Source: Staphylothermus marinus F1 (GTDB lineage: Archaea > Thermoproteota > Thermoprotei_A > Sulfolobales > Desulfurococcaceae). Taken from it: a stretch of DNA of 32,000 nt. Below the pieces are notes generated by a model. The model had not been told where the DNA came from. It worked only from the letters and a program-made list of their open reading frames with translations, and searched no databases. This document shows positions 1 through 7,720 of this stretch, one piece after another (positions within the stretch are counted from its first letter, which is position 1; each line of letters begins with the position of its first letter). The stretch is from NCBI RefSeq assembly GCF_000015945.1, contig NC_009033.1:120001-152000 (forward strand), written 5' to 3'. A program made the position numbers and the translations under genes.

Positions 1-2024
1 AACTTGTTGGGAAAAAAGTAGTTAGTCCATTAGGTAATGAATTAATAGTTCTACCAGCAGATTTCGTTGATCCAGATAATGCTACGGGTATAGTTTATAG
101 TGAGCCAAGCGATGCTCCATATGACTATGTTGCTTTAATGGAGCTTAAGAAGAATTCTGAAAAACTAGCTATGTACGGGGTTGATCCAGAGGTTGTTAAG
201 AAGATAGAGCCTATCAAAATTATTGATGTACCGGGTATAAAGGGTCATCATGCAGGGATTGTTGTTGAAGAAATGGGTATATCTAGCCAGTTTGATCCAA
301 GACTTGTTGAGGCAACAAAAATAGTATATAGGGAACAATACTATAAAGGAGTAATGATCGTAGATGATCCAGAATTTAAAGGACTAAGTGTTAGCGAAGC
401 AAAGGAAAAAATAAAGAAGAAACTGCTTAGGGAAAACAAGGGATTCGTTTTCTACGAGTTAAACCGTAAAGCCTATTGTAGAGCGGGAGGAAAGATTATT
501 GCTGCAAAAATAATTGGACAATGGTTTATAGACTATAGTGTTCCTTGGTGGAAAGAAGAAGCGAAAAAATATGTATCTGAAAAAATGCGGATTATTCCGG
601 TGAAATACAAGAAGGCGATGCTTGATGCTATTGATTGGCTTGAGAGAAGACCATGTGCTAGAAAAAGAGGGCTTGGAACAAGGCTTCCATTTGATCCAGA
701 ATGGGTTATTGAAAGCTTAAGCGATTCAACCATATATATGGCATTCTATACTATAGCACATCTAATCAGAAAGCATAATATCAAACCTGAACAACTTAAA
801 CCTCAAGTATTCGACTATGTCTTCCTAGGAAAAGGCGATCCAGAGGAGATATCTGAAGATACAGGAATACCTTTGAAAGCATTAGAAGAGATGAGACAAG
901 AATTTAATTATTGGTATCCAGTGGATCAGAGACATACAGGCATAGCCCACATAAGTAATCATTTATCATTCTTCATATATCACCACATAGCAATATTTCC
1001 TAGAAAACACTGGCCTAAAATGATCACCTTAAACGAAATGGTTATACGAGAAGGAACCAAAATGAGCAAGAGTAAGGGAAACGTTATACTATTAAGAGAT
1101 ATTGCTGAGAAATACTCGGCGGATCTGTTCAGACTATATATTGCTGGAGCAGCAAATCTAGATACTGTGCTTGATTGGCGTGAAAAGGAAGTAGAGCGTG
1201 TAATTGATTCTTTGAAAAAGTTTACTGCAATAGCTGAAAAAGCTATTAGAACAAAATGCGGAACATATAGTCATGATAAATACATCGATAAATGGTTCTT
1301 ATCCAAGTTCAATCGATTACTTGCCGAAGCAACAAATGCTCTTGATAACATGGAGATAAGAGACTACGTACAGAAAATGTTCTATGATGTAATGGTATCA
1401 ATAGATCATTATCGTGAGAGAACAAGTAATGAAGAAACAATATGTATGATTAAAAGAATACTTAGCAAATGGCTAAAATCTCTTAACCCCGTAATACCTC
1501 ATCTAACCGAGGAAATATGGAGCTGGATGGGTAAAGAAGAGTTCTTATCCTTAGAGAAATGGCCGGAAATAGATTATAAAGCGATCAATGAAGAAGTAGA
1601 ATACCTAGAGGAAGCGATTGAAGCATTAATTGAAGATATCAAGAACGTATTGAACATATTATCTCCTAAACCAAAACATGCCTACATAGTAGTAGCGTCT
1701 CCTTGGAAAAGAGAAGTCATAGAAATGATTGAGAAAGGCATGGATAGAAGAGAAATAATAAGAACTATACGAGACAAATATGGATTAAAGGGTAGAGAGA
1801 AAGAAATAGTTTATGTAATACAAGAATGTTCCAGAACACCTTGTAAAAGAGCTTTAAAGATAGATCCGATACATGAATATGAAGCATATAATGAAGCAAG
1901 ACAATATATAGCTAAAAAGACAGGATTACACATAGAGGTTTACTGGGAAGAAGAAGCTAAGGCGAAAAACATTCCTAAAGCAGAAAAAACACTACCGCTT
2001 AAACCAAGCTTTTACCTATACTAA
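1..2024 (+). CDS. leuS: Leucyl-tRNA synthetase, C-terminal ~670 aa (5' end lies outside the window)
   Basis: The frame of the 138..2024 ORF stays open back to nt 3 (LVGKKVVSPLGNELIVLPADFVDPDNATGIVYSEPSDAPYDYVAL...). It has the class I KMSKS motif 'GTKMSKSKGN' and an archaeal LeuRS-type C-terminal domain. Confidence 0.93.
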   Translation, partial: LVGKKVVSPLGNELIVLPADFVDPDNATGIVYSEPSDAPYDYVALMELKKNSEKLAMYGVDPEVVKKIEPIKIIDVPGIKGHHAGIVVEEMGISSQFDPRLVEATKIVYREQYYKGVMIVDDPEFKGLSVSEAKEKIKKKLLRENKGFVFYELNRKAYCRAGGKIIAAKIIGQWFIDYSVPWWKEEAKKYVSEKMRIIPVKYKKAMLDAIDWLERRPCARKRGLGTRLPFDPEWVIESLSDSTIYMAFYTIAHLIRKHNIKPEQLKPQVFDYVFLGKGDPEEISEDTGIPLKALEEMRQEFNYWYPVDQRHTGIAHISNHLSFFIYHHIAIFPRKHWPKMITLNEMVIREGTKMSKSKGNVILLRDIAEKYSADLFRLYIAGAANLDTVLDWREKEVERVIDSLKKFTAIAEKAIRTKCGTYSHDKYIDKWFLSKFNRLLAEATNALDNMEIRDYVQKMFYDVMVSIDHYRERTSNEETICMIKRILSKWLKSLNPVIPHLTEEIWSWMGKEEFLSLEKWPEIDYKAINEEVEYLEEAIEALIEDIKNVLNILSPKPKHAYIVVASPWKREVIEMIEKGMDRREIIRTIRDKYGLKGREKEIVYVIQECSRTPCKRALKIDPIHEYEAYNEARQYIAKKTGLHIEVYWEEEAKAKNIPKAEKTLPLKPSFYLY

Positions 2025-2026
2025 CC

Positions 2027-2359
2027 CTACTTAGTAAACTCTTGTATAGCCTTCTCGACTAATTGCATATATGCTAAGTTAGGGCCACCACCCATTAATA
2101 CAGCTACCCAAGCAGCTTCTCTTATCTCTTCAGGAGTAGCACCTGCTTCAATGGCTTCTTTAACATGTAGCGCAATACACCATTGACACCTAGCCGCTAC
2201 ACTTGAAGCCACAGCGATCAATTCTTTTGTCTTAGTGTCAAGAGCCCCGGGTTCACGAACTGTTTGTAGAAAGTCGAGGAATGCCTTGATCTGCTTGGGA
2301 TTTGTTTTGAGCCATTTCTTAACTGATGTATAGAATTCATTAACGAGCTCTTCCATCAT
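2027..2359 (-). CDS. Carboxymuconolactone decarboxylase / AhpD-like family protein
   Basis: 110 aa, all-helical. It carries the AhpD-type CxxCxxxH signature 'CQWCIALH'. A GGTG motif lies 8 nt upstream of the ATG. Convergent with leuS with a 2-nt gap. Confidence 0.8.
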   Translation of the reverse strand: MMEELVNEFYTSVKKWLKTNPKQIKAFLDFLQTVREPGALDTKTKELIAVASSVAARCQWCIALHVKEAIEAGATPEEIREAAWVAVLMGGGPNLAYMQLVEKAIQEFTK

Positions 2360-2410
2360 AGACTTTACACCTATTAAAAATATGTTAAGCCCCCTTTACA
2401 AGGTTAGCTC

Positions 2411-3730
2411 TTAAGAGCGCTCTAGTTCTTTCAAAATCTTATGTATATTTTTCAACAGTTCGGCAATATTACCAGTGGTAGGGTCTATGAGTATTTTAGA
2501 CATATTATTTGAAGGATTAATTGTTAACATCATTCTCGTATCCATGTATCTTATCCTGTAGCCTGTTATGATTGGTAAACAATAAACGTTGTTTAAGCTA
2601 CATATTTTCTTGCTTACATCAATTATTGACGATGATGTTTCCATAATATAGTATCTAGGATAAATCTTTTCCATAACTATCTTCGACAACGGCTTATCAT
2701 AATAGGTTAGGGCTTCTAATAGTTTTAGAAATGCCATTGTGGCATCATAAGTAAGGCTGAATGATGGATTTATGTAATCTCCTGCATAACCCATTGATAG
2801 TGGTGGTCTTTCATCGACAGTCTTCTTGATCAATTCTTCTTCACTGGACATCCTATACACTTTGATATCTACATTACTTAAGATATCATCTATAAAACCA
2901 AATACTTCATTAGATACTAGAATACTGGATTGGGAGGGGAGACGCTTTAATAATACGAGGAGGGTTTCTTCAGGCAATAATATGTTTCCTTCATTATCTA
3001 CTACAATCATTGCTGAAGCATCCGTATTGAAAATTACTCCTAAATCTGCATTAATAGATTTCACGATCCCATATACTTTATATAGATCATTTATTAATGG
3101 ATACGTCCTTGAACCGATCTGAGGAGGTTTTGCCGCATTTACCAATACAAAATCAATATTTAAACTTGATAGAAGCTCTGGCAATATTTTATCCGCTGGT
3201 CCATGACATGTATCAATAACTACTCTAAATCTTCGATCAGCTATTCTATCGGACTTTACCTGAGCAGTAAGTGCTGAAATATATAGTTTGTGTATGTATT
3301 CGGCGTATGTAACCCATCCAGTATTTGAAGGCTCTGTTCTATTAATATCTGTCTTTTCAATTATCTCCTTTAATTCAGCTCCAATTATTTCAACTCCAGG
3401 ATTAGTCATTATTCTGAATAATACGTTATTGCTTAGCCATGGATGAGAAAATATTATGAATCCACCACGAGCACCAAATCTTTTTATTGAAAAACCTATC
3501 TCGCCACTTACAGATTCATGGAAATCCATAACATCTACTCCTACACTCATCAAGCCAGATATAAATGCTCTCTTTAACATTCTAGAAGATGGATTATAGT
3601 CTCTGCCACTAACAACTAAGGAGCCTCTGCCATACCATGAACCAATAATTGCTCCAAGCTTTGAAGCATCTTCGGGTAATAAATCTTTATTTGGTTCTCC
3701 AACAAGCCTATTATTTATGAACTTATACAT
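2411..3730 (-). CDS. alpha-D-phosphohexomutase (PGM/PMM) family paralogue with degenerate catalytic motifs
   Basis: Four-domain PGM/PMM-like layout, e.g. 'VVSGRDYNPSSRMLKRAFISGLMSVGVDVMDF'. The active-site loop is 'FSHPW' instead of TASHNP. The metal loop is 'FNTDASAM' instead of DGDxDR. The sugar loop is 'MGYAGDY' and the phosphate loop is 'NPSNNMS' instead of RPSGTEP. The start lies 6 nt after the stop of the upstream NTP-transferase gene, indicating an operon. Confidence 0.75.
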   Translation of the reverse strand: MYKFINNRLVGEPNKDLLPEDASKLGAIIGSWYGRGSLVVSGRDYNPSSRMLKRAFISGLMSVGVDVMDFHESVSGEIGFSIKRFGARGGFIIFSHPWLSNNVLFRIMTNPGVEIIGAELKEIIEKTDINRTEPSNTGWVTYAEYIHKLYISALTAQVKSDRIADRRFRVVIDTCHGPADKILPELLSSLNIDFVLVNAAKPPQIGSRTYPLINDLYKVYGIVKSINADLGVIFNTDASAMIVVDNEGNILLPEETLLVLLKRLPSQSSILVSNEVFGFIDDILSNVDIKVYRMSSEEELIKKTVDERPPLSMGYAGDYINPSFSLTYDATMAFLKLLEALTYYDKPLSKIVMEKIYPRYYIMETSSSIIDVSKKICSLNNVYCLPIITGYRIRYMDTRMMLTINPSNNMSKILIDPTTGNIAELLKNIHKILKELERS

Positions 3731-3736
3731 GAGGTT

Positions 3737-4855
3737 TCACACCTGAACTTTTGGCTCAAATATTTCTTTTTCAACTAAGACATTTTTCCGTACAAAATTA
3801 TATGAACCAATTATGCTTGAGGAAATTTTTGAATCAACTATATGAACGGAATTCATTATGATCGAGTTATAAACCTTGCTATGCTCTATTTTTGTATTCT
3901 CCCATACAATAGTATATGAAATATTTGATTCTCCACTGATAATAGAGTTTTCCTCTATAGAGACATATGGTCCTATTATTGATTTCTCATCTATGAATAC
4001 GTTTCTACCTATATATACTGGCGGAATTATTTTTCCTCTAACGTCTGCTCCCTCATCAATATAGACTTTATCTCTTACCTCCCTTCCTGCCGGTTTGAAG
4101 CCGGGTATCTTACCACTTAATAGATCACGTAGTGCTTTAACATAGTTGTTAATTCTACCCAAATCCTCCCAGTAGACATTATTGTCCATAATCCACCCAT
4201 AGACTTTATAGCCTTGTTCAACGAGATATGGAAATACGTGTTTGCCCCAATCCATTAATGACGGATATTTCGAAATTATTTCGAGAACATACTTATTGAT
4301 CATATAAAACCCTGTATTTACTAAATTGCTTCGAAAACTCCTATAACTTTTAAGAAAAGCTATACTTAGAACATATAGTTCCATAGACGCAGGTTTTTCA
4401 ACGAAATGCCTGATTCTTTGGTGTTCATCAATAAATACAACTCCATATTGGAGTGGATTATCTACTTCTTTAAGAGCAATAGTTGCTATGCCGTCATTTT
4501 CTACATGGTATTTATAGAAAGAATAAAAATCAGCATTACATATTACATCGCCCATAGATATCAGAATATCATTAGATAAGATATCGTCTCTAACCAGCCT
4601 AACAGCATCAGCTGTATCCTTACTATCAACAATTCTCACAATAACATCTCTTCTACCACTAAAGTAATCCCTTATAACCTCTCCTAAATACTTACCTACA
4701 ACGATAAACCTGCTGAAACCATGATGCTTCAACCAATAAATAATATGTTCTATCAAAGGCTTACCTGCCAAAGGAATCATTGGTTTAGGCTTTACAAGCG
4801 TTAAAGGTCTTAATCTAGAACCGATTCCTCCAGCCAAAATAACAGCTTCAAGCAT
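3737..4855 (-). CDS. Sugar-1-phosphate nucleotidylyltransferase with C-terminal left-handed beta-helix (hexapeptide) domain
   Basis: The N-terminal motif 'AVILAGGIGSRLRPLTLVKPKPMIPLAGKPLIEH' matches the GxGxRL NTP-transferase signature. The C-terminus has imperfect hexapeptide repeats (IGRNVFIDEKSIIGPYVSIEENSIISGESNI...). A GAGGAG SD lies upstream. Confidence 0.85.
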   Translation of the reverse strand: MLEAVILAGGIGSRLRPLTLVKPKPMIPLAGKPLIEHIIYWLKHHGFSRFIVVGKYLGEVIRDYFSGRRDVIVRIVDSKDTADAVRLVRDDILSNDILISMGDVICNADFYSFYKYHVENDGIATIALKEVDNPLQYGVVFIDEHQRIRHFVEKPASMELYVLSIAFLKSYRSFRSNLVNTGFYMINKYVLEIISKYPSLMDWGKHVFPYLVEQGYKVYGWIMDNNVYWEDLGRINNYVKALRDLLSGKIPGFKPAGREVRDKVYIDEGADVRGKIIPPVYIGRNVFIDEKSIIGPYVSIEENSIISGESNISYTIVWENTKIEHSKVYNSIIMNSVHIVDSKISSSIIGSYNFVRKNVLVEKEIFEPKVQV

Positions 4856-5067
4856 CGAACGTTACTCCTCAACTTATAACTCTCACTAATATATAATATA
4901 GTTAGATTTGCTTATTTTTAATCTATATTAGTAATTTATAGTGTTTAGTAGACATGTTTACAATAGAACAATAAAAATGTTGATTAAACAAGAATCTTGA
5001 ACAGATTAGGCTTTTAAAAACCTTTTAATATCATAACTAACAAATTAGTTCTTGCCGTAATGCATAA

Positions 5068-5484
5068 ATGTATTATTGGGTGAATAATGTGTCTAACAAG
5101 CCGGTTGCAGCGTTTATTCTTGGATTAATTGCTGGGATCTTCGGTATATTATCGGGTATAGGAACGCTAATTGCGTCGGTATTCAGTGTTAAAGTCCCCG
5201 TCCCAATAGCGGGATTCCTTGGTACATTGCTTATAATTCTAGGATTGTGGTGGCTGATCGCTGGGATCATAATAATTGTTGGTTCAATATGGATAAATAG
5301 TGGCGTACCAAGCAGTGTTCGTAAGGGAGGAATTGTTGTATTAATATTTAGTATTCTCAGCCTACCTAATTGGTTAACATTTATTCTAGGATTGATTGGC
5401 GGCATATTAGCACTGGTATGGAAACCACCGATACAACAAACACAGCCACCTCCACCACCATCTGGAGGAGAACAAGTCATATAG
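5068..5484 (+). CDS. Small polytopic membrane protein, paralogue A (Pro-rich C-terminal tail)
   Basis: It has 3-4 predicted TM helices. It shares 'KP..AFILG', 'INSGVPS.VR.GGI' and 'LAL.WKP' with ORF 6741..7154. The true start may be GTG 5089, preceded by GGGTG. T-tracts follow the stop. Confidence 0.7.
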   Translation: MYYWVNNVSNKPVAAFILGLIAGIFGILSGIGTLIASVFSVKVPVPIAGFLGTLLIILGLWWLIAGIIIIVGSIWINSGVPSSVRKGGIVVLIFSILSLPNWLTFILGLIGGILALVWKPPIQQTQPPPPPSGGEQVI

Positions 5485-5740
5485 TTTTTGATTTAATACA
5501 TTTGTTTTTTACTTTGTTCTGCTTTATTTTTTCAAATTCAATATGATTTATGATGCTTATACACGTATTATCATCTCTTTAACCATGTCAGTTTAGAGTA
5601 TTCAAGTCTAGAGAATCCATATATTTATATGAATAATCTATGAAACCAATATCAGGTCCTCCCCGTCCATAAAAACCAATATAATCAAAAATACTCAGAA
5701 ATAATAAGAGCGGGGAAATACTCTGCTGTGTTCTTGTATG

Positions 5741-6142
5741 TTAAATACCACGAATGATAAGATGTATTGTTCTTCTATGATTATGTACTGGTCTTGTTTC
5801 GACAAAGTATACTTCATAGTTATCTGGCATGTATAGTTTTCCGTTTTCATAATATATTGTCTGAGTAGTTGACATGATCGTTGATCTTAGATGAGCATAC
5901 GCGTTTCCATGTTTCCACCCCGTGATTGGAATAATGTTTTTGATTATTTGATCAAAATAATTTAGATCATCTATGCTCATAACTATAACCCCAGGAGTTG
6001 CTCCTTTAGCATGTATTGTTACAACTCCTCTCTTTGTATTTGTATCTTCTATCTCTTCTTCTATAATTCTTCTTAGAGGAAAATACTTCATTGGACCAAA
6101 AGTTCTAATTATCAGGTTAACTAGTTTCACCTTCAAAAACAA
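5741..6142 (-). CDS. YjbQ/UPF0047 family protein
   Basis: 'WKHGNAYAHLRSTIMSTTQTIYYENGKLYMP...VYFVETRP...RRTIHLIIRG' matches the family pattern (H.xGNAxAHLkxxlxGxS...G.L.LG.WQ.I...E...R.v.v). The start is uncertain: TTG 6142 overlaps the upstream gene, and ATG 6091 is the alternative. Confidence 0.7.
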   Translation of the reverse strand: MFLKVKLVNLIIRTFGPMKYFPLRRIIEEEIEDTNTKRGVVTIHAKGATPGVIVMSIDDLNYFDQIIKNIIPITGWKHGNAYAHLRSTIMSTTQTIYYENGKLYMPDNYEVYFVETRPVHNHRRTIHLIIRGI

Positions 6143-6491
6143 CCACCACTTCTTTATTTCCGCTATTACGGCTAGTGTCGAGAAATATTATTCTCTTGAA
6201 CACACCAATATCTAGTTCATGGTCTATAATGGGTAACACCACACTTTTACCCAGCAGTCCATCAACAATTACTCTTTTCCCTATGAGTTTCTCTAAGAAA
6301 AACTCTAGATCACTTAATAAGTTAGGTTCATACTCGGTTAAAATAATATAGGAGTATTGGCTAGGAGTATAAACTGTAACCATCCCATTCCTTATATTAT
6401 GTTTAATGATATATGAAATAACATAATCTGTTAAATCCGTTACCAACCAGCCTGTTGATTCGACTTTGATTTTCTCTATAATAATTCTCAT
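6117..6491 (-). CDS. Divergent YjbQ/UPF0047-like protein (conserved His residues lost)
   Basis: The N-half 'VTDLTDYV....IRNGMVTVYTPSQYSYIILTEYEPNLLSDL' parallels the family block 'dIT..v.....G...vf.pHTTa.i.inE..dp....D'. The C-half is 'LLGKSVVLPIIDHELDIGVFKRIIFLD...KEVVVVFEGE'. A GAGGAGTGG SD lies upstream. Confidence 0.55.
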   Translation of the reverse strand: MRIIIEKIKVESTGWLVTDLTDYVISYIIKHNIRNGMVTVYTPSQYSYIILTEYEPNLLSDLEFFLEKLIGKRVIVDGLLGKSVVLPIIDHELDIGVFKRIIFLDTSRNSGNKEVVVVFEGETS

Positions 6492-6740
6492 AATTTATTC
6501 CGCCACTCCTCATTATGTATTTATGTTAAAAGTATTTATGAGATAGCTTTCTTTAAAACATAGTTATTATCATACAGTAATGTTATATGACGAGTTATTT
6601 CCATTAAAGATCGGTTTATTAATACTTATACTATATAAGTGTTTAGTTGTTTTGGAAAGATAATGTTATCAATAATAGTTATTTTTTATGCAACTATTTA
6701 CAGAATAAGACATGGGTCATCATAGTGAAATAATTTATAG

Positions 6741-7154
6741 GTGAACTATATGTATTGTGAATATATATCTGAAAAGCCTTCTTATGCTTTTATACTTGGA
6801 TATATATCTGGGATCATCACAATAATGATGGGAACAATAATATTAATTGTAACAATATTATCCGGGCCCTACTCAGTGAAAATTACTGGTCCAATAGGAG
6901 AAATACGGTCAGAAAGTATTAGCTTATGGTATTTGTTAGACGGTAGTCTAATATTAATGTCTGCACTAAGAATAAATAGTGGAGTTCCTAGCAAGGTGCG
7001 TGAAGGAGGGATTTTAATTACAATATTCAGCGTTTTCAGCATGTTCTGGTTTACAATTCTTTTAGGAGTGATTAGTGGAATGCTGGCTCTAATATGGAAG
7101 CCTCTAAGAACACAATCACTTCCATCATCCTTCGAAGAAAAACAGACGATATAA
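6741..7154 (+). CDS. Small polytopic membrane protein, paralogue B
   Basis: Paralogue of 5068..5484 with the same length class and conserved blocks. The likely true start is ATG 6750, 6 nt after GGTG. It is followed by the hairpin plus T-tract at 7185..7212. Confidence 0.7.
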   Translation: MNYMYCEYISEKPSYAFILGYISGIITIMMGTIILIVTILSGPYSVKITGPIGEIRSESISLWYLLDGSLILMSALRINSGVPSKVREGGILITIFSVFSMFWFTILLGVISGMLALIWKPLRTQSLPSSFEEKQTI

Positions 7155-7184
7155 ACTTCAAAGATTAATTGTTTAATATTTAAT

Positions 7185-7212
7185 AAAAAGTTCTTTTGAA
7201 TAGAACTTTTTT
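7185..7212. terminator. Hairpin plus T-tract, possibly a bidirectional terminator
   Basis: AAAAAGTTCT (7185-7194) and AGAACTTTTT (7202-7211) form a perfect 10-bp inverted repeat around a 7-nt loop. It leaves a T6 run on the plus strand and a T5 run on the minus strand, 30 nt after the stop of 6741..7154. Confidence 0.5.
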
Positions 7213-7283
7213 CAACATGTTAAGCATCCCTATAAGGATCATATTTATCCTAGACAGTATTGCTAGGATATCAGCTATAATAT

Positions 7284-7460
7284 GGAGTGGTTACCCATGC
7301 TTTATTGTTTGCAGGGGCTTCCCCCTCTTGGGTCGGGGTTTCACTCTCTTCATCGAGGGGGTTATCGGGGCTCCACACAGACCACTTTGAGCCCTTCATC
7401 CGCATTTCCCAAACCACACATGTTAATAGAGGTTTAAGGAGTGAACCAGACAATTAACCC
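7284..7460. ncRNA. GC-rich structured RNA candidate; class and strand unresolved
   Basis: This is a sharp local GC rise inside a 565-bp AT-rich spacer. Perfect complementary arms are CCCCCTC 7321-7327 / GAGGGGG 7355-7361 and GGGCTC 7368-7373 / GAGCCC 7389-7394. GGGG-CTTC-CCCC lies at 7314-7325 and reads as GGGG-GAAG-CCCC on the minus strand. GATGAAG occurs twice on the minus strand. A minus-strand TATA-like TTTATATATT lies at 7510-7501. The ORFs here lack an SD and have implausible composition. Confidence 0.45.
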
Positions 7461-7720
7461 TCAAAACAATCATAGTATCCACAATCTCCAAAATAACTCT
7501 AATATATAAACAAACGATGAGTTTTTCTCTTTCTAGATATGGAGAAGTTTAAAGCTTTATAGGATCATTTAGAGCTTTCATCTGTTGTTTACAAAATTTT
7601 CTTTTAGAATATAGTGATCCATAACAGAAAATCTTTATTGAGGCTTGTATTGTTTGGCATTCCTATTTAAATACTGTTATTAGTGAATTTATTATTGAGT
7701 AATGTTAAAGGTGTTCTTAT

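Noticed and set aside
5073-5480. 135-aa minus-strand ORF exactly mirroring the membrane-protein gene 5068..5484
   Set aside because: It is an antisense shadow ORF. It has Gly/Pro/Asn-rich low-complexity composition, no SD and no paralogue. The plus-strand product has clear TM helices and a paralogue at 6741..7154.
5658-5716. CTCCCCG (5659-5665) / CGGGGA (5711-5716) complementarity in the convergent spacer as an sRNA or terminator stem
   Set aside because: It is only 6 bp with a ~45-nt AT-rich loop and no flanking promoter or T-tract logic. It is too weak to call.
5741-6491. The two YjbQ-like ORFs as a single gene broken by a frameshift
   Set aside because: Each ORF independently spans the whole family length, with both the N-terminal beta-strand block and the C-terminal 'G.L.LG....E...R.v.v..G' block. 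They are tandem paralogues, not halves of one gene.
7196-7453. ORFs 7196..7390 (+) and 7271..7453 (-) as small proteins
   Set aside because: They overlap each other across the GC-rich island, have no SD and give implausible sequences. The GC spike with nested perfect stems is better explained by RNA structure.
7284-7460. Assigning the GC-rich element to SRP RNA, RNase P RNA, a tRNA or a split-tRNA half
   Set aside because: The resemblances are only loose: a GNAR-type GAAG loop, GGGAAATGCGG versus the RNase P GGAAAGUCC, and GAGAGTGAAAC versus AGGGUGAAA. I could not find the SRP helix-8 GGAAGGGAGCA-type block, the ordered RNase P conserved regions, a T-loop (GTTCRANYC) or a D-loop (AGCTCAG). 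The class is left open.
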